A stretch of 32,000 nt of DNA from Okeania sp. (GCF_035285525.1 NZ_JAYKGW010000174.1:1-32000), one strand, 5' to 3'; counted from the stretch's first letter, positions 8,326 through 16,769 are shown. A program made the numbers and translations. The notes: generated by a model from the sequence alone, not told the origin.

Positions 8326-9173
8326 ATGAATATTTATTTCATTTTATAAGGCAGAAGCACAGATAAAAAAAAATTATTCATTTTGACAGAAATCTCTTTT
8401 ACTAGAATTAAAAAAAAGTACAATATTATGATCAGGTTCATCACAATAATTAGAGCTTGCTGAATAAATTTAAACCCCTTTTATAGATAAAGCTTTTAGC
8501 CTTTTTATATCTTAAAAAAGTACCTAGGCTATTGTCGTCTCAAAATGGTAAAGTTTTCAGCCTAATTATCAGAAAATTTGGCTGTAGCAGATACTCTAAA
8601 CTGTTCCCTTTTCCTAGTTAAGTGCTACCTTTCTTTACTAATAGACTTTTACGGTTCCCGATAAATCAGCAAACCCTAATTACTGTTTATTTAGTGCTAA
8701 TGGTTATCCTTCAATTGTTCACTATTATATTCCCGATGCTATTGCAAAAATTCAAGAAACAGACACGTATAATTATCTGGTAATTTGCTTTGATGTTGAG
8801 GAGGAAACAGTAGAAAGTATCAGACAAGAAATACAAGATTTTATTGTCAAAAATGACCTACACATAAAATTAGGAAAAGTTAAGCCTATTTACATTATTC
8901 AAAACTGATGTATAGAAAAATGTTCGACTCTAGACAACCTCTCTCAGATTATGTGAAATATTATGATGTATCTGTAGAAGACCCAGAATTAATGGGTAAT
9001 TATAATCAAGATTATAATGATGCACAATTTCACTTTTCATATCTCAAGGAAATATTTATAGCTAAGAACATTAGTTATGCTAAAAAAATTCAGGAGAGGC
9101 TAGAAATCAATTTTATTTAGATCAATTAACTAAGAGAATTACATCAGTACTAGAACATTTACCGAATAATTAA
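8326..9173 (+). pseudogene. decayed partner gene of the ATPase (small Toprim-like DUF4276/DUF4435/RloB-class protein)
   Basis: It starts 11 nt after the ATPase stop with MNIYFIL, followed by TAA (8347-8349). The frame is lost around a 9-A run (8365-8373), and an S-family repeat is inserted at about 8465-8686. It resumes NYCLFSANGYPSIVHYYIPDAIAKIQETDTYNYLVICFDVEEETVESIRQEIQDFIVKNDLHIKLGKVKPIYIIQN, then TGA (8906-8908). After CIEK there is a 1-nt deletion, then FDSRQPLSDYVKYYDVSVEDPELMGNYNQDYNDAQFHFSYLKEIFIAKNISYAKK. A final shift gives NQFYLDQLTKRITSVLEHLPNN with a stop at 9171-9173. Confidence 0.65.
8465..8686. mobile_element. S-family MITE-like insertion inside the decayed partner gene
   Basis: The right end cccgataaatcagcaaaccctaatt matches the S-family terminus ttaatcagcaagcccta. 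The interior (cagaaaatttggctgtagcag) parallels the conserved S core taatttttctgccatag. The left boundary is uncertain. Confidence 0.5.
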
Positions 9174-9175
9174 TA

Positions 9176-9322
9176 GTTGATAGTCAATAATTATTCATTC
9201 AAAAATTCGCGCCTGGAAGCCTCCCCTATCCTAGGGGATAAATCAAAAATTTTCATAACTTAGTTAATCCCCTTCTTGAAAACAGGGGTCATTGTTCATT
9301 ATTAATTGTTCATTATTAATTG
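9176..9322. mobile_element. P-family MITE-like element (reverse orientation)
   Basis: gttgatagtcaataattattcattcaaaaattcgcgcctggaagcctcccctatcctaggggataaatcaaaaattttcat...ccccttcttgaaaacagggg is the reverse complement of the layout seen at 28959-29133 and 31563 onward. Confidence 0.65.
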
Positions 9323-9602
9323 CTGAAAAACCTTTCAATATTTTATATATTTTTGCCAGAAGATTAAAAAAGAATTATTCCTAAACTAGGGAGTAGTTAA
9401 TAGTTAGGATTTAAAGGAGTGGTAGAAGTAGTAGTTATTTATAATTCCTCCTTAGTTTTTATGTCATAATTACTCTTAAATATTCAATTTTTCTACTCCA
9501 TGAACCCAAAAGCTAGTACTTTTACTATTCCCGATAAATCACCACCTAAAATTATTCAAACCTTTATCTCTAAACGCTTTGATATCTAATCAGCAAGCCA
9601 TA
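9323..9602. mobile_element. S-family repeat abutting the P-family copy
   Basis: It contains gggagtagttaatagttaggatttaaagg and caatttttctactccatgaacccaaaagctagtac, and ends with the S terminus tctaatcagcaagccata. The left terminus was not recognised. Confidence 0.45.
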
Positions 9603-9689
9603 AGTAATTACTGATAACTGATAAGTGAAAAAAGTGCTACCCTAAAATATGTTTGTCTTAATTTGGTTAATTTTTTTCTAGTAAACCCA

Positions 9690-10919
9690 ATGCAATTATA
9701 TTTCCTTAACCCTTGGATAATTAATACTTTTCTAATTCTCGGTTCTGTACTTTTTGTCGAATTAATACGAGACCTTTATCATCTAGTTTCTCATATTTGG
9801 TCGCCCCTCTATAAATGGCATGGTTGGCATCATCGGGTTTTTCGTCCAGACTTAACTCCTGTTAGTACAGAAATTTATCAAAAGGCTACTTGGTATCACG
9901 ATGTACCAGAATCTTTGGTAATGTTAACCTTTGGTCTGCTATTCTGGGGTTCATTTTTTGTCTGGATGCCTTCCTATCAATGGGCAACTTTGGCAGGTGT
10001 TCTTTATACTTTAACTTTCTTATTTCCGGCGATCGCTCGTGCCATCGGTATTCCCAATGCTGACCAACTTACTGACCTTACTCATCTTCCCGGTGCATTT
10101 TTAACGCCTCCCGATAATTGGTTTGTCAACCGTCCCTACCATTGGCGACACCACTTCGATAATCAAGATGCTTATTTCTGTGGAACTCTCACCTTAGTAG
10201 ATAAAATCATGGGTACAGCACTTTCTCTTAAAGGTAAAAAAATATCTGTGACAGGAGCTTCCGGAAGTTTAGGTCAAAGTCTCCTGAAACATCTTCATCA
10301 AGCAGGGGCAAAAGTTACTGCTTTGACATCTAAAGACCAGACTATTACTTTAGATATAGACGGTGAAAATTTGGAAATTAATACCATAAATTGGCAAATA
10401 GGTCAAGAAGAAAAATTAGCAGAATTATTTGAAAAAGTAGATATATTAGTATTAAACCACGGTATTAATGTACATAGAGAAAAGACAGCCGAAGCGATCG
10501 CTAAATCTTATGAAATAAACACATTTTCTAGCTGGCGAATGTTAGAAATATTCCTGAAAACAGTCAAAACAAATGCCGATATTGCCTGTAAAGAAGTCTG
10601 GGTAAATACTTCTGAAGCAGAAGTTAATCCAGCATTTAGTCCTCTTTATGAACTAACAAAAAGAACTCTGGGAGATTTAGTTACATTGAGGAGATTAGAT
10701 GCTCCTTGTGTAATTAGAAAATTAATTTTAGGTCCGTTTAAAAGTAATTTGAATCCAGTAGGAATTATGTCTGCTGACTGGGTAGGAAAACAGATAATTA
10801 AATTAGCAAAAAGCGATGTTAGAACAATTATTGTGACAATTAATCCGATAACTTTTGTAGCGATTCCGATTAAAGAATTTTTCGTTTCTATCTACTTTAA
10901 ATTATTTACTAAAAAATAG
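9690..10919 (+). CDS. fatty-acid hydroxylase/sterol-desaturase domain fused to short-chain dehydrogenase/reductase (SDR)
   Basis: The N-terminal membrane half carries histidine boxes (HLVSHIW, HGWHHRVF, HWRHHF). The C-terminal half carries the Rossmann motif VTGASGSLGQ and the SDR segment VLNHGIN. I prefer the ATG at 9690 (MQLYFLNPW) over the TTG at 9663. Confidence 0.85.
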   Translation: MQLYFLNPWIINTFLILGSVLFVELIRDLYHLVSHIWSPLYKWHGWHHRVFRPDLTPVSTEIYQKATWYHDVPESLVMLTFGLLFWGSFFVWMPSYQWATLAGVLYTLTFLFPAIARAIGIPNADQLTDLTHLPGAFLTPPDNWFVNRPYHWRHHFDNQDAYFCGTLTLVDKIMGTALSLKGKKISVTGASGSLGQSLLKHLHQAGAKVTALTSKDQTITLDIDGENLEINTINWQIGQEEKLAELFEKVDILVLNHGINVHREKTAEAIAKSYEINTFSSWRMLEIFLKTVKTNADIACKEVWVNTSEAEVNPAFSPLYELTKRTLGDLVTLRRLDAPCVIRKLILGPFKSNLNPVGIMSADWVGKQIIKLAKSDVRTIIVTINPITFVAIPIKEFFVSIYFKLFTKK

Positions 10920-11090
10920 GGAGTAGGGAGTAGGGAGTAGTTAGGATTTAAGGCAGTTATAAAAAACTATTCAAAAACATAAAATATTCAGAGTAATTTT
11001 TCTGCCATAGTTACCCTAAAATGCTTATTTTTTTAGGACTGAAAAAAGATAAGTGCTTTTTTCTTACTTCCTTTTTCCTTTTTTACTTTT
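10919..11090. repeat. about 170-bp S-like repeat, copy A (starts on the stop codon of the fusion gene)
   Basis: gggagtagggagtagggagtagttaggatttaaggcagttataaaaaa...cagagtaatttttctgccatagttaccctaaaatgcttattttt...gaaaaaagataagtgcttttttcttacttcc is nearly identical to 11606-11800. Confidence 0.8.
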
Positions 11091-11110
11091 TAGCAATTCC
11101 GATTACAGCA

Positions 11111-11280
11111 ATGAATGAGGATAGTGAGGTACACTTAAAAATTAATCTTTGTCTTTGTAGCCCAGCCTTCCAGGCTGTAACAAGCAGGATGCTTATGTTA
11201 CCAAAATTACTAACAGACTTCCAACTTTTAACAAATAATAAATAAAATTTTGTACCTCACTAACTCTAAAACTGCTGTAA
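11111..11280. mobile_element. G-family MITE-like element
   Basis: The sequence atgaatgaggatagtgaggtacac ... ttttgtacctcac ... ctgctgtaa has gtgaggtaca/tgtacctcac inverted ends. A second copy lies at 16347-16488. The 74-aa ORF at 11021-11245 lies largely inside it and is not credible. Confidence 0.7.
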
Positions 11281-11307
11281 GTATTTTTTTGTTTATACCT
11301 ACTTTAA

Positions 11308-11402
11308 TAGGACTAAAGCCATGAGGTACGAAAAACAGGGGTTTGAGATTGCTTTCGTTCGGTCGTATCGGGCGAAAATACGTTGCAGTTGCGTAAGTCC
11401 TG
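11308..11402. mobile_element. T-family MITE-like element, degenerate left end
   Basis: The right end is the canonical gttgcgtaagtcctg (to 11402). The left end aggactaaagcc is a degenerate form of aggacttacgca. Confidence 0.45.
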
Positions 11403-11605
11403 TTTAAATTATTTACTGCAAAATAATCCTCCTTAAAGTTGAGGTTTCTATTGCTGTATATACTTGGAATCTGCTGTTAACTAAAAACTGATAACTGATA
11501 ACTGAAATTGTGAGGTATACCCACGGGAGTAAGATGCAAGGTTCCCGAAAAATCGTACTGAACGGATTGCTATAGGTTTGGTCTCCAAACCCTTATAATT
11601 AAGTT

Positions 11606-11800
11606 AGGGAGTAGAGAGTAGTTAGGATTTAGGGCAGTTATAAAAAAGTAGTCAGAAAAATAAAATAGTCAGAGTAATTTTTCTGCCATAGTTACCCCAA
11701 AATGCTTATTTTTTCAATTCTATTAATCTAAAATCTGGTATTGTTTTAGAACTGAAAAAAGATGAGTGCTTTTTTCTTACTTCTTACTTTTTACTTCTGA
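11606..11800. repeat. about 170-bp S-like repeat, copy B (with a 36-bp internal insertion), leading into the heptamer tract before fmt
   Basis: gggagtagagagtagttaggatttagggcagttataaaaaag...cagagtaatttttctgccatagttaccccaaaatgcttatttttt[caattctattaatctaaaatctggtattgtt]ttagaactgaaaaaagatgagtgcttttttcttacttc. Confidence 0.8.
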
Positions 11801-11888
11801 CTTCTTACTTTTTACTTCTTACTTTTTACTTCTTCCTTCTTTACTTTTTACTTCTTACTTTTTACTTCTGACTTCTTACTTCATTCTT
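11774..11888. repeat. heptanucleotide STRR-type tandem tract (TTCTTAC / TTTTTAC / TTCTGAC units, about 16 units)
   Basis: ttcttacttcttactttttacttctgacttcttactttttacttcttactttttacttcttccttctttactttttacttcttactttttacttctgacttcttacttcattctt. It is open in frame with fmt, which produces the artefactual L/F-rich extension in the ORF track. Confidence 0.85.
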
Positions 11889-12902
11889 ATGAAAATAATA
11901 TTTTTTGGCACACCTTTATTTGCTGTTCCCACTTTAGAAAAATTATTAGCTGCTCCAGAAACTGAAGTCGCTGCTGTTGTCACCCAACCCGATAAAAGAC
12001 GTGGACGAGGCAATAAACTCATTCCATCTCCAGTGAAATCAGTAGCAGTCGCCCATAATATCCCTGTTTGGCAACCACGTCGAGTCAAAAAAAATGCTAA
12101 AACTCTCAACTTATTAAAAGAAGCGCAAGCAGATGTATTCGTCGTAGTTGCTTACGGGCAAATTTTGTCTGCGGAAATTTTAGAAATGCCAAAGTTAGGT
12201 TGTATAAATGTTCATGGCTCCATTTTGCCAAAATATCGTGGTGCTGCTCCGATTCAATGGTCTATTTATTATGGCGAAGTAGAAACAGGTAATACTACAA
12301 TGTTGATGGATGTGGGAATGGATACTGGTCCGATGTTATTGAAGAGCGTGATTCCTATTGGTTTGTTAGATAACGCTGTATCCATAGCAGAAATTTTGGC
12401 AAAGGATGGAGCAGACTTATTGTGGGAAACTTTCTCAAAGTTGGAGAACAGAGAAATTGAACCTATTCCTCAAGATGATTCTTTGGCAACTTATGCTCCA
12501 CTGATTCAACATTCTGATTATCAAATTGATTGGTCAAAAAATGCTATAGATATTCATAACCAAGTCAGAGCATTTTTCCCTAATTGTTTTACCACTTTTC
12601 GGGGTCAATCTTTGAAAGTTATGGCAACTGTTCCTGTTGGTGCTGAATATTGGTCGCAGTTGTCTCCAGAATTACAGAAATTGGAAAAAGTTTGGTCTTC
12701 TGAGTCTGAAGTTATGGGAAATATTGGGGAAGTTGTGAAAGTGATTAAGGGTTTAGGACCTGTGGTGCAAACTGGTAATGGTTGGTTATTGTTGTGGAAA
12801 GTACAGTTAGCAGGGAAAAAGGCAGTTTCTGGTTGGGATTTTGCTAATGGTACTCGTTTAGCAGTAGGGGAAGTTATATCAAATCCGGTAGTATCGGTGT
12901 AA
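11889..12902 (+). CDS. fmt: methionyl-tRNA formyltransferase
   Basis: MKIIFFGTPLFAVPTLEKLL...VTQPDKRRGRG...VVVAYGQIL...INVHGSILPKYRGAAPIQWSI are canonical Fmt motifs. It is 337 aa from the ATG at 11889. The ORF-track start at 11766 lies in the repeat tract. Confidence 0.93.
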   Translation: MKIIFFGTPLFAVPTLEKLLAAPETEVAAVVTQPDKRRGRGNKLIPSPVKSVAVAHNIPVWQPRRVKKNAKTLNLLKEAQADVFVVVAYGQILSAEILEMPKLGCINVHGSILPKYRGAAPIQWSIYYGEVETGNTTMLMDVGMDTGPMLLKSVIPIGLLDNAVSIAEILAKDGADLLWETFSKLENREIEPIPQDDSLATYAPLIQHSDYQIDWSKNAIDIHNQVRAFFPNCFTTFRGQSLKVMATVPVGAEYWSQLSPELQKLEKVWSSESEVMGNIGEVVKVIKGLGPVVQTGNGWLLLWKVQLAGKKAVSGWDFANGTRLAVGEVISNPVVSV

Positions 12903-12920
12903 AAAGAGTGTGGTCCGGGT

Positions 12921-12950
12921 GGGGAGTTTGGGGAGTTTGGGGAGTTTTGG
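12921..12950. repeat. short tandem repeat (ggggagttt x3) just after the fmt stop
   Basis: ggggagtttggggagtttggggagttttgg. Confidence 0.8.
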
Positions 12951-12978
12951 TAATGGTTGAAAATAGAACATTTTTTTT

Positions 12979-13063
12979 AGGACTTACGCACCAGACGCTA
13001 TATATAGCGTTCAAAACTATTGCACAATAGTTTTTTAACTCTATACATAGTACCTTTGCGTAA
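12979..13063. mobile_element. T-family MITE-like element (right end truncated)
   Basis: aggacttacgcaccagacgctatatatagcgttcaaaactattgcacaatagtt...tacctttgcgtaa has the same internal layout as 19603-19681. Confidence 0.6.
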
Positions 13064-13480
13064 TATAGCAATGTGCGCACTTAATATTTACAAATTGTAG
13101 GAGGTGTCCAATAGCTAAAAGCTTTGTATTATCCGCGATTCATTCTCCCTGTTCCCAGTTAAGCGTTCCCTGTCACTAGAATTTTGTAATATTCTTTTTT
13201 CAAATTGGTATAAGTCCTAATTTTGTAAAAAGGGAGTAGAAAGTAGGGAGGTTCTATGGAACGTCCCTACAGAGTTAAGAGAAATGGGAATTATAAACAA
13301 GGTGGTTGTTCACAATAGTCAGACTAATTTTTCTGCCATATTTACCCAAGATGTTTACTTTTTCAGCTCGCTTCAACCCAAAAGCTAGTATTTTTTCAAT
13401 ACCTAAAAAGGCTAAAACTTTTATCTTTATCTAATGAAAAATCAAATCAATTTTAATTGAGAAATTATCAATTATTTCTT

Positions 13481-13531
13481 CCTATTACCTATTACCTATT
13501 GCCTATTCCCTGTTCCCTATTCCCTAACCCT
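13481..13531. repeat. heptameric STRR tract (CCTATTA / CCTATTC / CCTGTTC) overlapping the 3-prime end of the glycosyltransferase gene
   Basis: cctattacctattacctattgcctattccctgttccctattccctaaccctat. Its reverse complement encodes the last 12 residues (GLGNREQGIGNR) and the stop of the minus-strand CDS. Confidence 0.85.
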
Positions 13532-15099
13532 ATACGTCTATATAAACCTACATTTTTAATTGTAGTTTCTCGAAAGTAATTTGCTTTTAAATATTGATTG
13601 AGCATATTTCTATATTCAGGAGCAATATTATCTTTTTCTGCCAGCAAAATATAACTGGGATTTTTTGCCATAATTTTATCTAATTCTTGAAGAGGATCGA
13701 TAGGCAAAATTTGAGATAAAGCTGTTAAGACACTAGGAAAAGCATATTTTGTCGGAATTTTTGTTGGCACTAAATAATAAATTATCGGTTGATAGTTAAC
13801 TACATATATATAATCTGTTGACTTAATTCTTTCTCTTAAATATTTAGCAATCAAGGCTTCCCGATCATCCCATGTATCTATTTTTTGGATAGAGCGATAA
13901 TAGATAAATTCCCAATTTTTAGTTAATTTATTATAGCCAGCTTGACCAAAGGGGTATATTAAAATTAAGAATAAAATTATGTGAGGATTGAATTGTTTTT
14001 GAGGCAAATAAACTGACTTAATAATCACATATCCACTAATTAAGGATAAAGGAGGTAATAACTGTAAAAAGTAATGATTATAAAATCGTTTAGATAATAA
14101 AACTGCTAAAAAAGCACAGCAAAACCACAGAAATAAATAAATTAAATTTCGCTCCTGCCTCAATTTTTTTCTAGCAAATACAAATAAATAAATCGGACTC
14201 CAAAAAAAACATAACCACAATAAAATATTTCCCAATATCTGTTTTATGAGTCTATTCAAAAAGTCAGACCAAGAAAAATTTAATATCCCTATATACTTAC
14301 TATTTGCCATGAGAGTTGCATAAATATATTCATCAAAATATCCAGAAAAATGATAAATAGTTCCGATAATAATTGCAGGTAAAATTATGCCTGCACCTAA
14401 AATTAGATAAAACCTCAATAAGGAAAAAGTAAGATGATTGAAAACCAATGAAAAATTTCCTTTTGTTAATGCCGACAAATTATTTATTGCTTTTCCATAT
14501 TCTCTCTTATTTAGTTCTGCTTTTTTCAACCAACTACCCAATAAAACTAATGCTAAAACATCCATAATTACCAAATATTTTATTTGCATCCCCATTCCCA
14601 AAATTATCCCGATCAGAAATACTTTAATATTTGATAATTTTTGATTCTGAAATAACAACAAAAATGCCCCGGTAACAAAAGGCGCAAATAAAATTTCTGC
14701 ATTGGCAGCAGTTCCATCATTATGCAAAGAAAAAATCCCATATAAACTTCCTGCTAATAATCCAATTTTTTCTCCTTGTTTTTCGTCAATATTTCTACCA
14801 ATCATATATAAAAAATAACTGGTAAAAGTTGTAGCAATAATAGATAATATTCTGATAGATACTATAGAATTTCCTAAAATTAGCATTGCTAGGGAAAACA
14901 AGATAAAAATCCCTGGAGGTTTGGTATCCCAAATTTCTATATAAGGGAGGTTATTATTTAATAAACTATCTGCTATTAAAATATAAATACTTTCATCTTT
15001 GTCTAGTACAGATACAAATAAAGTCCAGAATCTGAGGAAGAATGATAATAGTAAAAAGGATACAAAAATTATTAGTTTTTGATTGATTTGTTTAGTCAT
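13492..15099 (-). CDS. polytopic membrane glycosyltransferase, ArnT/PMT-like (GT39/GT83 type)
   Basis: 535 aa with about 12 hydrophobic segments. The N-terminal loop motif DKDESIYILIADSLL...LPYIEIWDTKPPG is typical of lipid-carrier-dependent ArnT/PMT_2 transferases. Confidence 0.8.
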   Translation of the reverse strand: MTKQINQKLIIFVSFLLLSFFLRFWTLFVSVLDKDESIYILIADSLLNNNLPYIEIWDTKPPGIFILFSLAMLILGNSIVSIRILSIIATTFTSYFLYMIGRNIDEKQGEKIGLLAGSLYGIFSLHNDGTAANAEILFAPFVTGAFLLLFQNQKLSNIKVFLIGIILGMGMQIKYLVIMDVLALVLLGSWLKKAELNKREYGKAINNLSALTKGNFSLVFNHLTFSLLRFYLILGAGIILPAIIIGTIYHFSGYFDEYIYATLMANSKYIGILNFSWSDFLNRLIKQILGNILLWLCFFWSPIYLFVFARKKLRQERNLIYLFLWFCCAFLAVLLSKRFYNHYFLQLLPPLSLISGYVIIKSVYLPQKQFNPHIILFLILIYPFGQAGYNKLTKNWEFIYYRSIQKIDTWDDREALIAKYLRERIKSTDYIYVVNYQPIIYYLVPTKIPTKYAFPSVLTALSQILPIDPLQELDKIMAKNPSYILLAEKDNIAPEYRNMLNQYLKANYFRETTIKNVGLYRRIGLGNREQGIGNR

Positions 15100-15221
15100 T
15101 TTGAGATTTTTTTTTGCAGTCAGTTTAATAATTTAAAATTACAGCACTTCTCGTTGTTATGAGGTACAAAATTTTAGCTTTGAGGCAATATTCCCTTTTT
15201 TAAGAAAGAGGGAACAAAAAA

Positions 15222-15712
15222 TAGGGAAGAGAAAAAAGTATTTTGGTAAATATAGCAATTTTCAACTTAGATGTAAATCTATATGGAATTTTTTCTCAGA
15301 GAAATTCTGGTTTTGATTTCCTATTAATTCTTCTGGAAAGCTAATATTTAATGTTGTTTTTCCTTCTTGAATATTCCCTTTTCCTTCCATACCTATTCCC
15401 TTTTTTTTTAGGTTTAGGGAAGAGAAAAAAGTATTTTGGCAAATATAGCAATTTTCAACTTAGATGTAAATCTATATGGAATTTTTTCTCAGAGAAATTC
15501 TGGTTTTGATTTCCTATTAATTCTTCTGGAAAGCTAGTATTCAATGCTGTTTTTCCTTCTTGACTATTCCCAGTTAAGTGTTTCCTATTCCCTTTTTTAT
15601 AGATGGAATTTTTTCTCAGAGAAATTCTGGTTTTGATTATCCACTAATTCTGATGGCAAGCTAATATTTAATTCTGTTTTGCCTTCTTTATTATTCCGTG
15701 TTCTCTGTTCCC
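15222..15712. repeat. tandem array: two full 193-bp units plus one 5-prime-truncated unit
   Basis: Unit 1 is 15222-15414, unit 2 is 15415-15602 and partial unit 3 is 15603-15712. The first roughly 150 bp of units 1 and 2 differ at only about 4 positions (tagggaagagaaaaaagtattttgg[t/c]aaatatagcaattttcaacttagatgtaaatctatatggaattttttctcagagaaattctggttttgatttcctattaattcttctggaaagcta...). A related sequence in the opposite orientation lies at about 19200-19345. Confidence 0.85.
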
Positions 15713-15940
15713 TAAAAGCAACCAATTTTTTTGCATAAATCAAACAGGATTGCTAGACTAACTTAAATTAAACAATTTAAAATTTCCATAAGTTTAACTA
15801 AAATGATACAAACTATAACTAAATTTCATCAAAATTTTCAACAGTTACAACCAAGAATTGGTATTGGAGTTCCTTCAGAAAAAGGTTGGGTTTCTACCAT
15901 AAATGAACACCTAATTATTATTGTAGGTTTAACCGGAGTA

Positions 15941-16104
15941 GTTCATTAATGCATAATGGATAATTACCTCTCCCTAAAAGTGAGAAGATTGACGCTTAAA
16001 GGAAAAGATTTATTTTTTCCCCTATCCAAGGGTAGGCTTCAAGGCGCGAATTATTTAATTATTTAATTATTTAATTATTTAATTGTTTAATTATTAATTA
16101 TTTC
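15941..16104. mobile_element. P-family MITE inserted between the V and G codons of the Walker A motif (GLTGV|GKTT)
   Basis: gttcattaatgcataatggataattacctctccctaaaagtgagaag...cccctatccaagggtaggcttcaaggcgcgaattatttaattatttaattatttaattatttaattgtttaattattaattatttc. Removing 15941-16104 restores ...gga gta ggt aaa acg aca... in frame. Confidence 0.85.
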
Positions 16105-16346
16105 GGTAAAACGACAATAATTAATACATTAACTCAATCAGGATTAAATTTTACCTTACTTCCAAACCAACGTACTCTCACAACAGAATTAATTATTCCT
16201 TATATTGCAAGTCTAAACTGAAAAAAACTGAAACAATTTTTCGTCTAGAACGGTTTAAATATACTCATCAATATCAAAAACAATTTCCTGGAGAAATGGG
16301 TCATATTTTAACTCAATTACAAGTTAATTATCATACAATTATAGCC

Positions 16347-16488
16347 ATGCATGAGGATGGTGAGGTACACTTAACACCTACTACAGTTCAGCCTTCGTTT
16401 CCTGTAACAAGCACCGAAGGTTGTGTTACTAACTAAAATTACTAAATAAAATTTTGTACCTCACGCGCGGGCGTGAAATTGCTGTAAT
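16347..16488. mobile_element. G-family MITE inside the P-loop pseudogene
   Basis: atgcatgaggatggtgaggtacac ... ttttgtacctcacgcgcgggcgtgaaattgctgtaa is collinear with 11111-11280. Confidence 0.75.
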
Positions 16489-16591
16489 TATCCACTAATT
16501 TTCGATGATTTAAGAGGTGAAAATGAAGTTACTTATGCTGCTAAAACTTTAAAAAAAGCAAAATTTGTTATTTTTGATGCTCCATTATTCT

Positions 16592-16769
16592 AAGCATTCA
16601 GCCGTCAGCTATCAGAAGAGTGCTTCTAGTTTTTGATAGAAGCCTTATTATTTATTATTCATAAATTTAATTTAACTATAAAAGCCAGTTTTCACTTTCT
16701 TTATTCCTTTAAATATCCTCCTTAAATTTGAGGTTTTTGTTGCTGACGGCTGACAGCTAATAGCTGAAT
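16592..16769. mobile_element. L-family MITE inside the P-loop pseudogene
   Basis: The termini aagcattcagccgtcagctatcag ... ctgacggctgacagctaatagctgaat are inverted repeats. The interior cctccttaaatttgaggttt also occurs at about 11440. Confidence 0.75.

Noticed and set aside
8908-9120. 70-aa ORF treated as an independent small gene
   Set aside because: It is collinear with the flanking out-of-frame segments (IIQN-stop-CIEK before it and NQFYLDQLTKRI after it). It is best explained as one fragment of the decayed ATPase partner gene.
11021-11245. 74-aa ORF
   Set aside because: It lies within the S-like repeat and G-family MITE. The same sequence recurs at 16347-16488 without the ORF being conserved.
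11766-11888. 41-aa N-terminal extension of fmt proposed by the ORF track (MLFSYFLLFTSDFLLFTSYF...)
   Set aside because: It is encoded entirely by the heptamer tandem tract and begins at a non-ATG codon. Canonical Fmt proteins begin exactly at the MKIIFFGTP motif (ATG at 11889).
12874-13080. 68-aa minus-strand ORF
   Set aside because: It spans the short tandem repeat and a T-family MITE, and has no coding-like composition.
15222-15712. Possible CRISPR array (also considered for the heptamer tracts and P-family copies)
   Set aside because: The period is 193 bp with no alternation of conserved repeats and unique spacers of CRISPR size. The heptamer tracts are simple STRRs. No cas genes are present in the window.
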